Below, in pieces: positions 38,137 to 50,358 of a DNA stretch of 64,000 bases. Position 1 is the stretch's first letter; every line of letters starts with the position of its first letter. This stretch comes from Podarcis melisellensis (lineage: Eukaryota). The stretch lies in the NCBI GenBank assembly GCA_964234715.1, contig OZ174277.1, one strand, 5' to 3'. A program made the position numbers and the translations under genes. The notes beneath the pieces are model-generated. The model saw nothing but the letters and a program-made list of their open reading frames with translations. It did not search any database and had not been told where the DNA came from.

Positions 38137-39298
38137 GTGAGTACAATAATCAAATTTTAGAATAGTGTGCTGATGGTGGTGGTGGTGATGAAAATAATCA
38201 GGGTTGTCAATGAGTAAATAATTCCTGCTGATTATCTGTCTTGTGACTGATTTATTTTTACCTAATTACAATAATTTCCATGTGCATATTTCAAACACTT
38301 CATTATAGGTGCCTTTTTGAGGTAACTTAGAATTTGATAAATAAAATATCCCACTCAATACTAGAAGTTAATCTTTAATATGCCCCCCATAGTGTACAGC
38401 AGAATCAAAATAGGCTCAGCAAAGCATGCCTTGAACTTGTAATCTTGCCAGTTCATCAGTCAACCAACCAACCAACCAACCAACTAAAGGGTTACCAATT
38501 ACAAATATTAAATGTTGCAACTATAAAAGTAAGAGTTCCAAATAATGTGATGCACAGACCTGTAAGACGGTTGTGGTGTGTTTTGCAGTTTCATAAAGTG
38601 AAGGAAAAGTTACTGGCTTGTAACAATATTGCAGAATTAAGAAACACTCGTCATGCTAAGCCAAACCATAGCTTTGCATAGATGCACAAGGGTATGGGTT
38701 CTCTTCTCTAGGAGTCCGCACAATATGATAAGCAAATATGTGGCTCAGCATGGTTCAAGCAGCAAAAGAACTAGAAATGCTGAGCTGAGCCATAGTTTGG
38801 TGCGGCATGTTTTCTGGAGAAAACTAAATCATGAGTCCAATTCTAAATGACATGATAAGCAAATAATGGCTTAGCTCAGCATGGCACAGGGAGGAGTGAA
38901 ATGGCTGGGATTTCATCTCCAGGAACTTGTGTGCACCAACCAGACAACAGTAAAAATACAGTAATAATATATAAGGAAATGCCACTAGTTGGGCTGAGAT
39001 CTAAAGGGCCTGGTGTGATGGTTTGCATGTACATTGTGACAAGCCCCTGTTAGTCCATCAAGACACTCACTTTGGAGCAGCATTTGAAATGTGAGATGTG
39101 GTATGAGGGTCTGTAGTCTGAAAGGAACACTTGCAACCCTTCTGTGCATAAATAGGAGTGCTTTCAGTCCCGGCTATACATACTGGTTGTTAATACAGCC
39201 CATATTATAGTTTTACCTAGAAGAAGGATTTGCCTACATTATCCCGAGAACAAGGAGACTATCTCTCCCGTATCCCTTCCTTGTTTTCAATTGTGCAG

Positions 39299-39455
39299 AG
39301 AAGAGGATGTGTCCTCTTGCCAGAAGCAGATGGATGAGTTCAATCTTCATGTAGAATCTTTGAAGAAATGGGTAGATGAGATGACGGAAAGAATCCCAGC
39401 TACCCAGCCCTCTTTGAATGTGGAGAATTTAAACAAACATTTGCAGAACACCAAG
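39299..39455 (+). CDS. DST: Dystonin exon (KEEDVSSCQKQMDEF...LQNTK)
   Basis: gtgcag|A GAA ... AAG|gtgaga, 157 nt, phase 2-0. Confidence 0.9.
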
Positions 39456-39494
39456 GTGAGAGACTTCTTATCATTTCTGACAATAATTTCATTA

Positions 39495-39710
39495 CAGTGG
39501 TACCTCAGGTTAAGAACTTAATTCGTTCTGGAGGTCTGTTCTTAACCTGAAACTGTTCTTAAGCTGAAGCACCACTTTAGCCAATGCTGCCGCTGTGCCG
39601 CCGCTACAAAATTTCTGTTCTCATCCTGAAGCAAAGTTCTTAACCCAAGGTAATATTTCTGGGTTAGTGGAGTCTGTAACCTGAAGCGTAAGTAACCCGA
39701 GGTACTACTG
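39495..39710 (-). mobile_element. Tc1/mariner (pogo/Tigger-like) MITE, copy 2, inverted relative to copy 1
   Basis: ta|cagtggtacctc ... gaggtactactg|ta; its reverse complement aligns with 31754-31971. Confidence 0.85.
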
Positions 39711-40454
39711 TAATTGGATTTGTATGTCAGTTGATTTGTCAACTGATGGTGTCCTTTTGGTTTCAAAGAATTAAGTAGGAACGCTGTAGATCTTTTCATT
39801 GGTATTCAACTGGGTTTTACTCAGTGTAGATCCATGGAAATTAATGACTAAGTTAGGACCGTTATTTCAATGGGTGTACACCTAGTAAGACTTAGTTGAC
39901 TACTGACCATAATGACACAGCTCCAAGGGACAGACGATGCACTTGCAAGAACTTACCAGCTCACTTCAAAGCAAAAGACACCTCTGTGTGTGCAAAAGGA
40001 TGTACGTTGTGCAGCTGCACACAGTGAATAGGGAAATTCTTGCAAGTGTGGAGAACTTGGCTTGCAACTAATTGCTAGACTGAGACAGACACCTTTTGTC
40101 CCATTTTTAGCTATGTTTCAACACAAACTATTGCTGTATATGATTCATTTTTATAATAAGAAACTGGGCATGGTTTAAATATGAGTAAAGTACTTGCAGT
40201 ATTTTGGTACCAGTACATCTTCCCAGCCCTATTTCATTTGAGAGTTCTGCTATCTCACTTTTTAAAAAATGTTCACTCCAGTTTTTGGGTCATAAATGAG
40301 AAATGGCAGGGCACAGTTTGATGATAGAGCAAGTGGGATGTGTGACATGATGAGATAATTTCTGGCCATGTCCAGCCCCTCTAGAGTGGAATGCTTTTTG
40401 ACACACTTACAAATATAGTCAGTAGTTGAAAATAACATCTTGTTCATTTCTTAG

Positions 40455-40578
40455 AATTTGGAGGAGGAATGGAGTTCAAAGGCACCTGACATTCAGAAAA
40501 TGATTAGCAGAGGAACAGCATTATGCAACCTAATTAGTGTTGTGACTTCCCCTGTAAGGTCAAGGGGAGTAAAATCAG
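40455..40578 (+). CDS. DST: Dystonin exon (NLEEEWSSKAPDIQKM...LCNLISVVTSP...VKS)
   Basis: tcttag|AAT ... G|gtatgt, 124 nt, phase 0-1. Confidence 0.88.
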
Positions 40579-40806
40579 GTATGTTCAATGGACATTTCTA
40601 CGTATTTAAAAGTACACGTGAATGAAATTAAATAGCTAACACAGAATACACACACACACACACACACATATATGATGTCTTTATTAGCTCCCTAGATCAA
40701 TCCTGTGTGGTTGGGGAAATTTTATGCCAGATTGCTTGATAGACATGAATTTTAAGGTACATTAGGTCACAGGTGGTATAAGAAAAGCCTGAACCATTGG
40801 TACACA

Positions 40807-40860
40807 GCTTGAACCCATGACCCTGAGATTCAGCGTTTCATGCTGTACCGACTGAGCTAT
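40807..40860 (-). mobile_element. tRNA-Lys-derived SINE head fragment
   Basis: Reverse complement atagctcagtcggtacagcatgaaacgctgaatctcagggtcatgggttcaag; same family as 4951-5017. Confidence 0.65.
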
Positions 40861-40929
40861 TTCAGTTTAGAAAAATACTTCTCTCTGTCACTTAATAGCA
40901 TTTTTCTGTCTTCTTCACACAAGGACCCT

Positions 40930-42150
40930 ATTACTTGATTGTTCTTCTTGCTTCGAACATAGCTGAATAAGCTTTTAAAGTTATTTTTAACCTCTCTTGC
41001 AAAGCTGACTTCATTCTGAGCTTTGGCCTGCCTGACCTTCTCCTTGCAATGGTTGGATACTTGTATCTACCCTTCCTTTGTGATTTCTCCTCTCTTCCAT
41101 TTATAATACATTCCCTTCCTACATCTCAGCTAATCCATCAGCTCCTTATGCAGCCACACCAGTTTCTTTAGCTACCTCCTGCTTTTCTTTCTTGTTGGAA
41201 TTGTTGGCATTTGGGCCTTTAATATTTCACCTATAATAAACTCCCATCTATCTGGGGCTCACTTAGCTTTTGAGTATTTCTGACCATGGGATTTCTCCCA
41301 GTAGCTCCTTAAACTTTTAGGAATTGAGCTTCTTAAAGTCCAGAGTGCATCTCTTGACTACACTCAGCTTTCCCTTCTCCTCTGTATCATGAAACCAGGA
41401 GGTCGAAACCTTGTATCATGAAACCTTGTCGATCAGTTCCTCCCTGTTGGTGAGGACCAGGTCCAATATATATGACCCCCTTGTTGATTCTTCTACCTTT
41501 TGGGAAATGAAATTACCAGAGAGCCAATTGTGGGATTAGTTGGACCTTAAATTCTTGGCAGAGTTTGAGTTCCAACAGATATTGGAGTAGTTGAAGTCTC
41601 CCATGACTACTATATCTTTCCTTTTTGAATGTTTGGTAATCTGCTCTAGGAAGGCATCATCCAAGTCTTCAGTCCAAGGTCACTGTAGTTCCTTCTCCTA
41701 CCATTTTTACCCATATAATCTCATGGATCTCTTCACAAGTGTACACATCTTTTACATGCAATGTTATTTCTCCCCCCTTCCTGTTTGATCTATTCCTTTT
41801 GAATGAGTCATACCCCTCAATTCCTTCATTCCAGTCTCATTCTAGTCTCATCCCACCAGGTTCCAGTAATGCCTATTAGATAATATTTGCCATCCTGTAT
41901 TCAGAGCTCATGTTTTTCTTGCTTGTTTCCGTACTCTGTGCATTTGTATAGAGACATCTGAAACCATGAGCCATTTTTTGGCACACTGCTGCCTCTGTCC
42001 TCTGTAGAGAGTCACCTGCTGCCACCACACATCTCCCTCTTCTTTGGGGAGGAGCATGAATTGTTTTGTACGCTGTAACTTCTACTACCATCTCAGTGTG
42101 TTCGGAAGTCTGCAACCACTGTACTTGCTCCTCTGGCTGAGAATTTCCAA
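40930..42150 (-). mobile_element. Decayed CR1 LINE fragment (ORF1 esterase remnant plus ORF2 endonuclease region)
   Basis: Minus-strand RCVVAAGDSL..RTEAAVC (CR1 ORF1 GDSL motif) abutting GFRCLYTNAQS (CR1 ORF2 start); MGDFNY and LDLVLTN-like motifs further along; many disablements. Confidence 0.8.
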
Positions 42151-44731
42151 ACCTCTTCATCTTATGATTAAAATTTTGCCTCCAGTCCCTTCTTGGAGTG
42201 TTCCCAGATGCTAGCTTTCCATGCTCCTGACTCAGGTCTCAATGCACAGTTCAGAGTTCAGGCAGTGTCCTGTGAAAATGCAGGTAGCATGAGTACCATA
42301 TGACCCATGCAGGTTGTGCCACTTCCTGCCAGCTGTATGGGTTATCGGAACAGCGTAGACTGAAAACCTCGGTTTGTGTGCACTTTGGAGATCAGATCCT
42401 CTTTTTCAAAAAGAAGTGTAGCTTATCCTCCTAAATCAGAGCAATTTCCATTTTTTAGTATGGACTAATGAATCCAGCAGTAAAGGGCAAGTAACTTCAG
42501 AGCAAGTACTGCTCTAATTTAGAAAATTTATATGCTGCTTGTTCAAAGAAATAAAAAAGCAAATCATGTGTCTGGAGAGCCTTGCTACAACAGAAAAGTT
42601 TTCAGTAGGTATATAAAGCAGTACTGTGAAGGAACCTGCTTAATGCCAGCAGACAGGGAGTTTCAGAAGACAGGTGCTGCTGTGCAAAAGGAATGACTTC
42701 TTTCAAATGTCAAATGAACATTGTGTGGCACTTGTAAATGTGAAGTAAGCAAATAGGCACATTTGGGGTAGGGCAAATCTTTAAGTATACTGGTCCCAAG
42801 TTGTTAAGCCGCAGACAATAATTTTTAGTATTCGTACCAACAGAACTTTGTGTACTTGAAATAATGTTATTTTAAAAGGGTGAAATATCTGTTCAGAATT
42901 TGCTTACTAAATGTGTTAATCATTTCTTTATTGGTTTCATTATGAGTGAGTGCAAGTACCCTGAGTTTTGTGCCAATGATAAATGTTTCCCTCATGGGAA
43001 ATATAGAAAAGTCTCAATATCTTAGTATGTGAACATCTCACTTACTTGGCTGACTTACTTGCTCTCACCATTTCCCAGCTGCCATTAGGCTAACACTCAC
43101 TTTCCAGCTGGTGGTGAGGGGTGAATGCTTGGCCTTCTCCAAGGCAACCATTAATTCTACTCCATTAAATAATCATCTTCAGGCTCTCTACTTACATAGA
43201 CATACAGTAGATTCTACTTAGCGCTCTTATTCCCTTCATAAATAATGGGTACTCATGAAATTGCCTGTGGAACAGCTAAAAGGGGGGCAGGGTTTCTGAA
43301 GTTGATTTCACAGTGTGGAAAATCTGTAAACACAAAACAAAGTTTTACACCAAAATTTAACTTTGGGAACCCTCTCATTCTGCATTTTGTCTGTTCTAAA
43401 TCAGTGTACCGCAAATGTTTTGGGGTCTTTGTTCCACAATGCATGGAATCACAGAACTGCAACTACATGGAATATTTTGAGCTGCTGACTTAAGGCATGT
43501 TTCATTCAAGATTTTAGACATAGGTACTGATAACAGCTCAGAACAAGTTCTGTATATACCAATTCAGTTATGCTGGGCACAAATATGCATTATATTTTGC
43601 TTTAAAATGTTTAGTACGAGCAATCTGCAATCAGAGAGTGATCGGGCTCCAAATTCCAAGCTGCAAATAATGGATACATGTGCCTTTCATAGTTAGTCTG
43701 CAGCAGTGTTATTTTATGCTTAGGGCAGCTTCTCACAGAAAGCTTTGTACACAAGTATTTCTGCCAAAGTTATAATGTCATGATGATATTAGCATGTATC
43801 TTTGTGTTTACAGTTATGACAGCACTTGGGCTGAGCTGATTTGGGACTGATTTTGTAAAAATATCCTAAAAATTTGGTTGTTATGAAGATCCCACTTACA
43901 ACTAGTCTACTCTTAAACCACTAAGACCAGTGTGACGCACATAATAGTCTTAGACCTTGGTTTTACATTATTGTTGAAAATCTCTCTCTCTCAATATGCA
44001 GGATACAAATATTTTTATAAATAAGAATAAAAGAAAGAATTGGCTTCAACACACTGCTCATCCATTGACTCACTGGGTGCTTTAGGCAAGTCATGCTGTG
44101 ACTGCATTCACATGTCACACTAAACCATAATTTACCATAACATAAATGAGCCTAGGTGAGCCTTGTTCTCACATGCTCCCCTTTCCCCACAATTTATTGT
44201 ATTGTCTGAACCAAAACATTTGGTTAGCATTAACTATGGGTGATGGTATCTGAACATTACCCCCCATGGAGCAAATAGCAGCTTCGATGGGGGTGATTTT
44301 CATGGGGAAAATGGCACTGGGGAAAGGGTTAAACCATTACTTCGTAGCACCATGATTCCAGTCAGACACACACATCTCCAAGGCTGTTCTTCTAAAATGC
44401 AGTGGGAGAGCTGTTCACCTGCCTATGCCATATCTAGTTTGGCCCTTAAATTGGTTTGGAAAGGGATCAAATACTTCCATAGTGTCTGAACAACGAAGGA
44501 AGAACCCAACATTGCATTATGATGATTGTTCCATCAGGGCAAGCTTGCCAGATGGAATGATCCCTCCTCTCCCCTGCTTGCTGTTCCAGGGGTACTCTTG
44601 ACCTGCCCTGAGCCAGTTGGGGAACATGTGTAGGGGAGACTGCATAGTACAAGTGGAAGTCCTTGCTCAGGGCTTCTGCTGACTGAATTCATTAGTTGAA
44701 TCTTGCTCTAAATCTCTAATCTCTCTTTCAG

Positions 44732-44800
44732 CTGTAAGCGGAACAGTATTAAATGGTGAAGGAGCAGCTACAGGTACCCAGGGATTCCTAACAAACAAAG
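44732..44800 (+). CDS. DST: Dystonin 69-nt symmetric exon (AVSGTVLNGEGAATGTQGFLTNK)
   Basis: ctttcag|CT ... AAAG|gtgact, phase 1-1; resembles human GAVLNGEGTATNTEEFWANK. Confidence 0.85.
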
Positions 44801-46061
44801 GTGACTAATAATGGCTCACTTAAATACATAAATCTTATAAGCAAGCATAAGATGTTTATAATTTGTCCCATTTTAATAGAATTTTCTAAATAACAGTCAA
44901 GACCCCCTATTTAGCTGGGGTCTTCTACACTTCAACATATATATGTATATGTCTATGTCTATGTATATGCATGCATCCGGTTAATTCAACTTCTGTCTGG
45001 TTTCAGTGGGTGAACCAATGATTGTGGTTAATTGAGAGCCAAGACAAGATAAGGAGTTATTTCCTGGCTTTTTAATCCATTAAGAAGTAATCATGAGTAG
45101 CAACAGTAGCAAGGTTGTTATCTCTAGCAGGTGGAGTTCACTGTTTTTAAGAAGTGACTTGACTATCAAGTGACCCAAGATAACATATGAATATAAGAAG
45201 CTGCTTATACTGGAGAGCCCAAGTAGATGTGACATTGGAGATACATGGAGTCTCTCACACCATTCATTTGAACAGTTGAAGTAAAGGGAGGGGGGAAGCA
45301 ACTGGGGCGGGGGGGGTGATGTTCATTGAAAAAGGACAGATTCCCCCTTTCCCACTAACTATTCCAATCCAATTTGGAGTTCCACAGCTGCCCTCAAGGG
45401 GAAAATATAATCAGAAGACACTCCATGTATCTCCCATTTTGCCTCTACTTTGGCCTTGAGTTAGAACATTGGAACCATCTAAATAGGGGTGGAATTCAGA
45501 AAGGCCCCAGACTATCCTCTTATATTATTGTGTTTGGCCTGCCTAGCTGTTATCATCCTGAGCCTCATTCTTGAATCTTTTGCATGTGTTAACAGAAAAC
45601 AGCGGAAGTATATATTTTAAATTAACAGGCATGGTTTTTAAGGTTTGTTTTAATCAAAAATTAGCATGCACACATCGTACTATAACAGGCTCTGGAACAC
45701 CTCGGTTTTCCTAAGAAATCAGATGTTGAAATTAGGATGGTGATAACTAGCTGTGTTCCAAAACCCTCAAATTAGAAACCAAAATAATGCTTGTCTTCAT
45801 GCAAGATTTTCTTTCAGAAGTCCTTATACAATACAATATTTCTGTACAAAAAAAAAAAATCCACTGTCATCAGCCTGGTGACTGGTTCATTCTTTCTTAA
45901 TCTACTAATATTGGGGTATCAACTTTGTAGGAAAGAAATGACTGTAACCAATTATTCTAGTTATTATTTCATGGAAGGATTAAAAACTTTTAATGTATAA
46001 TATTTGCATCCTTTCTTGCTGTCATGACTAGAATAAAAATGTATGTCCACCTCTCTTGCAG

Positions 46062-46297
46062 AAGTGACCACTGTCCAACACAACATGTCAACTGTAAGCC
46101 ATAGTTATGATGATTTGGGAGCTGTACTGAAGGAAAAAAGATCAGAACTGGAATCCACTCTTTCAAATATGCAAAACATTCAAAGAGAATCAAATTCAAT
46201 GATGGAATGGTTACAGAATATGGACACTGCTGCAGCCAAATGGGAAGCAACTCTTATTGACAGTGAGGCTGTTAAAGAGCAAGTCGATCAACACAAG
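46062..46297 (+). CDS. DST: Dystonin exon (EVTTVQHNMSTVSHSYDDLG...VDQHK)
   Basis: ttgcag|AA ... AAG|gtagtt, 236 nt, phase 1-0. Confidence 0.9.
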
Positions 46298-46623
46298 GTA
46301 GTTTCTGTCTCCCCCTCTGTTCAAAACTATCAATTAAGCATAATTAATTTTTAAAGTGAGCTTCCTGTTCATATTAATGGACAGGGTCTGTTTAATAATG
46401 TATGTAACAGTACAACCATATATTAGCACTTTGTACTGACGCCTTATGGATAACCATAAAAAACGTCTTATCAGGCATAGGATCAGAAGTCAGATTGCAT
46501 ACCTGTGATAAAATGTATCAGAGCTGCCTAAACAGATTAAGAGATCATCTCAATGAATCACCGCTTCTGCCAAACACTTTGGTTTTTATGTATTCTCAAG
46601 CCTAACATGTTCATTCTTCATAG

Positions 46624-46753
46624 CTATTTGAAACAGAATTGAAACAGAATGAGAATAAAGTGCAAGAACTGAAGGATAGAGTGACAGAGCTATTGGAGAA
46701 GAACCCAGACTCTCCTGAGGCACCGAAATGGAAACAGATGTTGGATAAAATAG
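46624..46753 (+). CDS. DST: Dystonin exon ([18 protein letters not shown]...[17 protein letters not shown])
   Basis: tcatag|CTA ... G|gtatgg, 130 nt, phase 0-1. Confidence 0.9.
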
Positions 46754-47510
46754 GTATGGCAAGTTTTATTTTGCAGTGTAGGAGAAGGACAACGATCTAA
46801 CATTTGGCAAAACAAACCACAGATTGAATGTCTGTGAGCTTTGGAGAGAAGGATTGCACCTCATCCACATGACATACTAGAAACCTCTTCTGGACATGCT
46901 TTTGTTCATACATGACTACTGGCTTATGAGGTTTGGTCTATCCTATCAGATCTTATATTTTAAAAGGCACTGGCCACAGCCACATGTCAGGATAAAACAG
47001 CTCATGGGAACTGTAAACTATCGTCCATGGCTTAACGTTGCGTCCAAACCAGGGATCTTGGTTTGCTTAACTCAAACAAACCACAGTTCGGAAGTCAAGC
47101 ATAAACCTTGGCTTTTCATTGTGGTTTGTTTGGACTGAAACAAACGCACCGTCCCTTGTTTTTATATAATACTAAGCCAGGGCTTGTGGTTTGTTCCTCC
47201 CACTTGCAAAATCAGAATCCCCAGCTTGGCATTTGAAAACAAGCCCCGCTTTTCGTTTGCCAAAGCTTGTTCTTGGTTTCTTGATTGTTGCCTGTGTGAG
47301 CAAACCAAACCAAGACCCCCAGGTTGGATGTAAAGCTAAGCCCAGGGATCATGGTTTGTTCCTCCCCCTTGTTCTAGTAGAGAAGTGCAGCGGGAACCAT
47401 CTGCATGTCCACAGCAAACCACTGCCATTGTTTATTTGTTTGACTATTTCATATAAAATTACTACAATTATCATGCAATTTTACGAAATATTCCATTCAT
47501 TTTTTCACAG

Positions 47511-47710
47511 ATTCCAAATGGAGGGAGCTCAGCCAGGTAACAGCTGACAGACAGAAAAAACTGGAAGAGTCATCAAATTACCTGACCCAGTTCCAGGCAA
47601 CCGAGGCTCAGTTAAAACAGTGGCTGGTAGAAAAAGAATTAATGGTCAGCGTGCTTGGACCACTGTCAATTGACCCAAATATGTTGAACACGCAGAAGCA
47701 GCAAGTTCAG
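47511..47710 (+). CDS. DST: Dystonin exon (DSKWRELSQ...[26 protein letters not shown])
   Basis: tcacag|AT ... CAG|gtgagc, 200 nt, phase 1-0. Confidence 0.93.
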
Positions 47711-48706
47711 GTGAGCATTTGGTCTCATTGCATATTATTTGTAGAAAGATGCTTGTGCTTCCTGGATTGAAAACACTGCTATTGTGGACCCATGACCAAT
47801 GTGGTTTATCCTTTTTTTTTGGCGGAGTGTAGTTCTGAAAACAAATATGAAGGCACCAAACAACAATCAGTTTCCTAAAAAAAAATATGGAACTAATAAT
47901 GTTAATAATGACAAAAAAGGGCTTCTATGTGGCGAGAGAAGTGCAGCTAGAGGTTAAAGTTTTGAGCAAGGGAAAATGAATGGCAGCGCCTTTCTTCTAT
48001 GACCCTGTGCATATATAAGCAAGTATCAATCACACGTGAATTACAAAATATTCCACATTCACAACCAGTATAGATATTGGAAAAGAAATATGGGGTCTCA
48101 CTGTCTTCTTTCCCTCCTAATGCTGTTGCATGGTATGTGATGACACTTGGAAGTGCAGAAGGAGGTGCTTAATCTCTTGCCCACTCACTGATCCTTCCTT
48201 CCAAATACTCCCATGTAAGTGTATAATTTCCCCCTTCAGCACACACACTGGCTTCCAAAATCAGGAGTGAGTGATGTCCGATGAGATAAAAACCACAGTA
48301 TTTGATCTGTGGTGCCTGCTTCATCCACACGGGTCAATGCTCAGGTTGATTCATTTAACACGTGTCTCAAAGCAGGAGACTAGGTCATGCAAATCAGGTG
48401 TTTTCCAAGGTGCCTCTTTATCCTTAGTGAAAGTATATGCATGGTGGAGTTGACGCAGGGTGCACCTGCTCTTCCACATCATGGGTTGCAGTACTGGATC
48501 AGCAGGTTGTCTGAACCAGACGTAAGGGATAAATATGAATATATTAACCTACCTTAAAGCGATACTGGCAGAATGCCTTTTATTTTTACGACCAAGAGCT
48601 ATTTCATATACTCATCAGCCCAGGATGCTACACTAGGTAAACGGCTAGTACAGTTTGTGATATCTGTTTTTCCTTACACTTTCCTGAAATTACTTTCTCT
48701 CATCAG

Positions 48707-49202
48707 ATTCTGCTCAATGAGTTTGACACTCGAAAACCCCAATATGAGCAGCTGAATACAGCAGGACAAGCGATAATGAAGAGACCAGGTGAACACCCAC
48801 CTTCTCACGAAATGGTGAAGCAGCAACTGGCTGCTGTGGCGCAGAAATGGGATGGCTTAACCGGACAGCTGAGTGACCGATGCAACCGAATCGATCAAGC
48901 CATTGTGAAAAGCACAGAATATCAAAGCTGCCTGAAAAGCCTTTCTGAGAAGCTTAGTGTCTTGGATGATAAACTCAACAGCAGCCTGGCTATAAGTACA
49001 GACCCTGATTCTGTGAAACGGCAACTGGAAGTGGCCAGAGAAGTGAAAGAAGAAATTGAACGGGAAATGCCAAAGAGAAAGGCTGCTCAAGCTCTGTGCG
49101 AGGAATTGTCCTCACTGGTAGCAGAAGATTACTTGAAAGCTGAACTAGCTAGGCAATTGGATGGCATCTTAAAACCCTTTCACGATATGGAACAAAAAGC
49201 AG
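48707..49202 (+). CDS. DST: Dystonin exon ([16 protein letters not shown]...[10 protein letters not shown]...MEQKA)
   Basis: catcag|ATT ... G|gttcgt, 496 nt, phase 0-1. Confidence 0.92.
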
Positions 49203-50358
49203 GTTCGTTAACTTCATCATCATCGTCATCATCATTTTTTATTTGTATGCCACCTTTCCACAGTTAAAAAACCAATGCTCAAGGCGGCTTACAGCATGAC
49301 AAGATTTACATAATTACAAAAGTCATAAACAATAAATAAACCACATCAAATGAGATGAGATGATATTGAGGGCCTAGATTCTATGAATGGGTGGGTGAGA
49401 ATAGCTGCATATTTATAGACTATGCCAGTTATTAGAATTTTTTAAGATATCAAATGCCATGTGATTGACAGTAGATTGTATATGTGTTTACCAGTGAGTG
49501 ATTCACACATTGTAAATTAATGCTTCTGTGTGAAGTTTATGTAGGGAAAGTACATATATTTCTCCAACCTTTGTGTATTTTTTCTTGACCGTGCCACAGT
49601 TTCAGACAGGCTTAGGGTTCATCCACCCTTCTATATGCCCTGCTGCTTTCCCCTGGAGAAATTGGCGGTTTAGTGCTGAAACAGAACAAATGGCAAAACC
49701 TGATTGCCATTTGTTCTGTTTAGCACTAAAGGGCGGGTTTTCCAGGGGAAAGTGACCAGGGCAAAGCTGCTTGGATCCATGCTTTCCAGGCATGGAAACT
49801 GAATTAGCTTGGACCTGTGCTTTCTAGGCACAGGACAAGTATGGATGAGCCCTTAATTTGGGTAGGGGGTGTTTCAGACTCAACAAGGGAGTCCCAACAG
49901 GAGTTCTGTAAAGTTGCAACAGGACTGGCAGTGATCTTTGGAAGCATTTTATCTCAATGACTGTTGAGGGACTACTTCAAGCTTTACTGTTCATAGTGCA
50001 TGTCATTTATGTTTGTGATGTTTATAGTGGCACTAGTGATCATACTATCCTGGTTACCTGATTAGTTCCCCACCCTCAAGAATCCCTTGTTGTCAAGGGA
50101 TGATTATTATTATCAAGGGGTTATAATTTAGGCCGCAATACTATTATTTTCCAAGCTGGTGGTCATCAGCTAACAAGCTCCAATGAAGAATAATGTTTAA
50201 TAAAACATCTCAAATTGCAATAGGGTGCATTTTCCTATAACATAATGTTTCTCCTTGATTGAAATAACATCAACCAAAATCTTAGTTAGAAGCCACTCAA
50301 AGACACGGATTTTAAGAACTTCTGTTTGTTTGTTTGTTTGTTTGTTTGTCTTCTGCAG

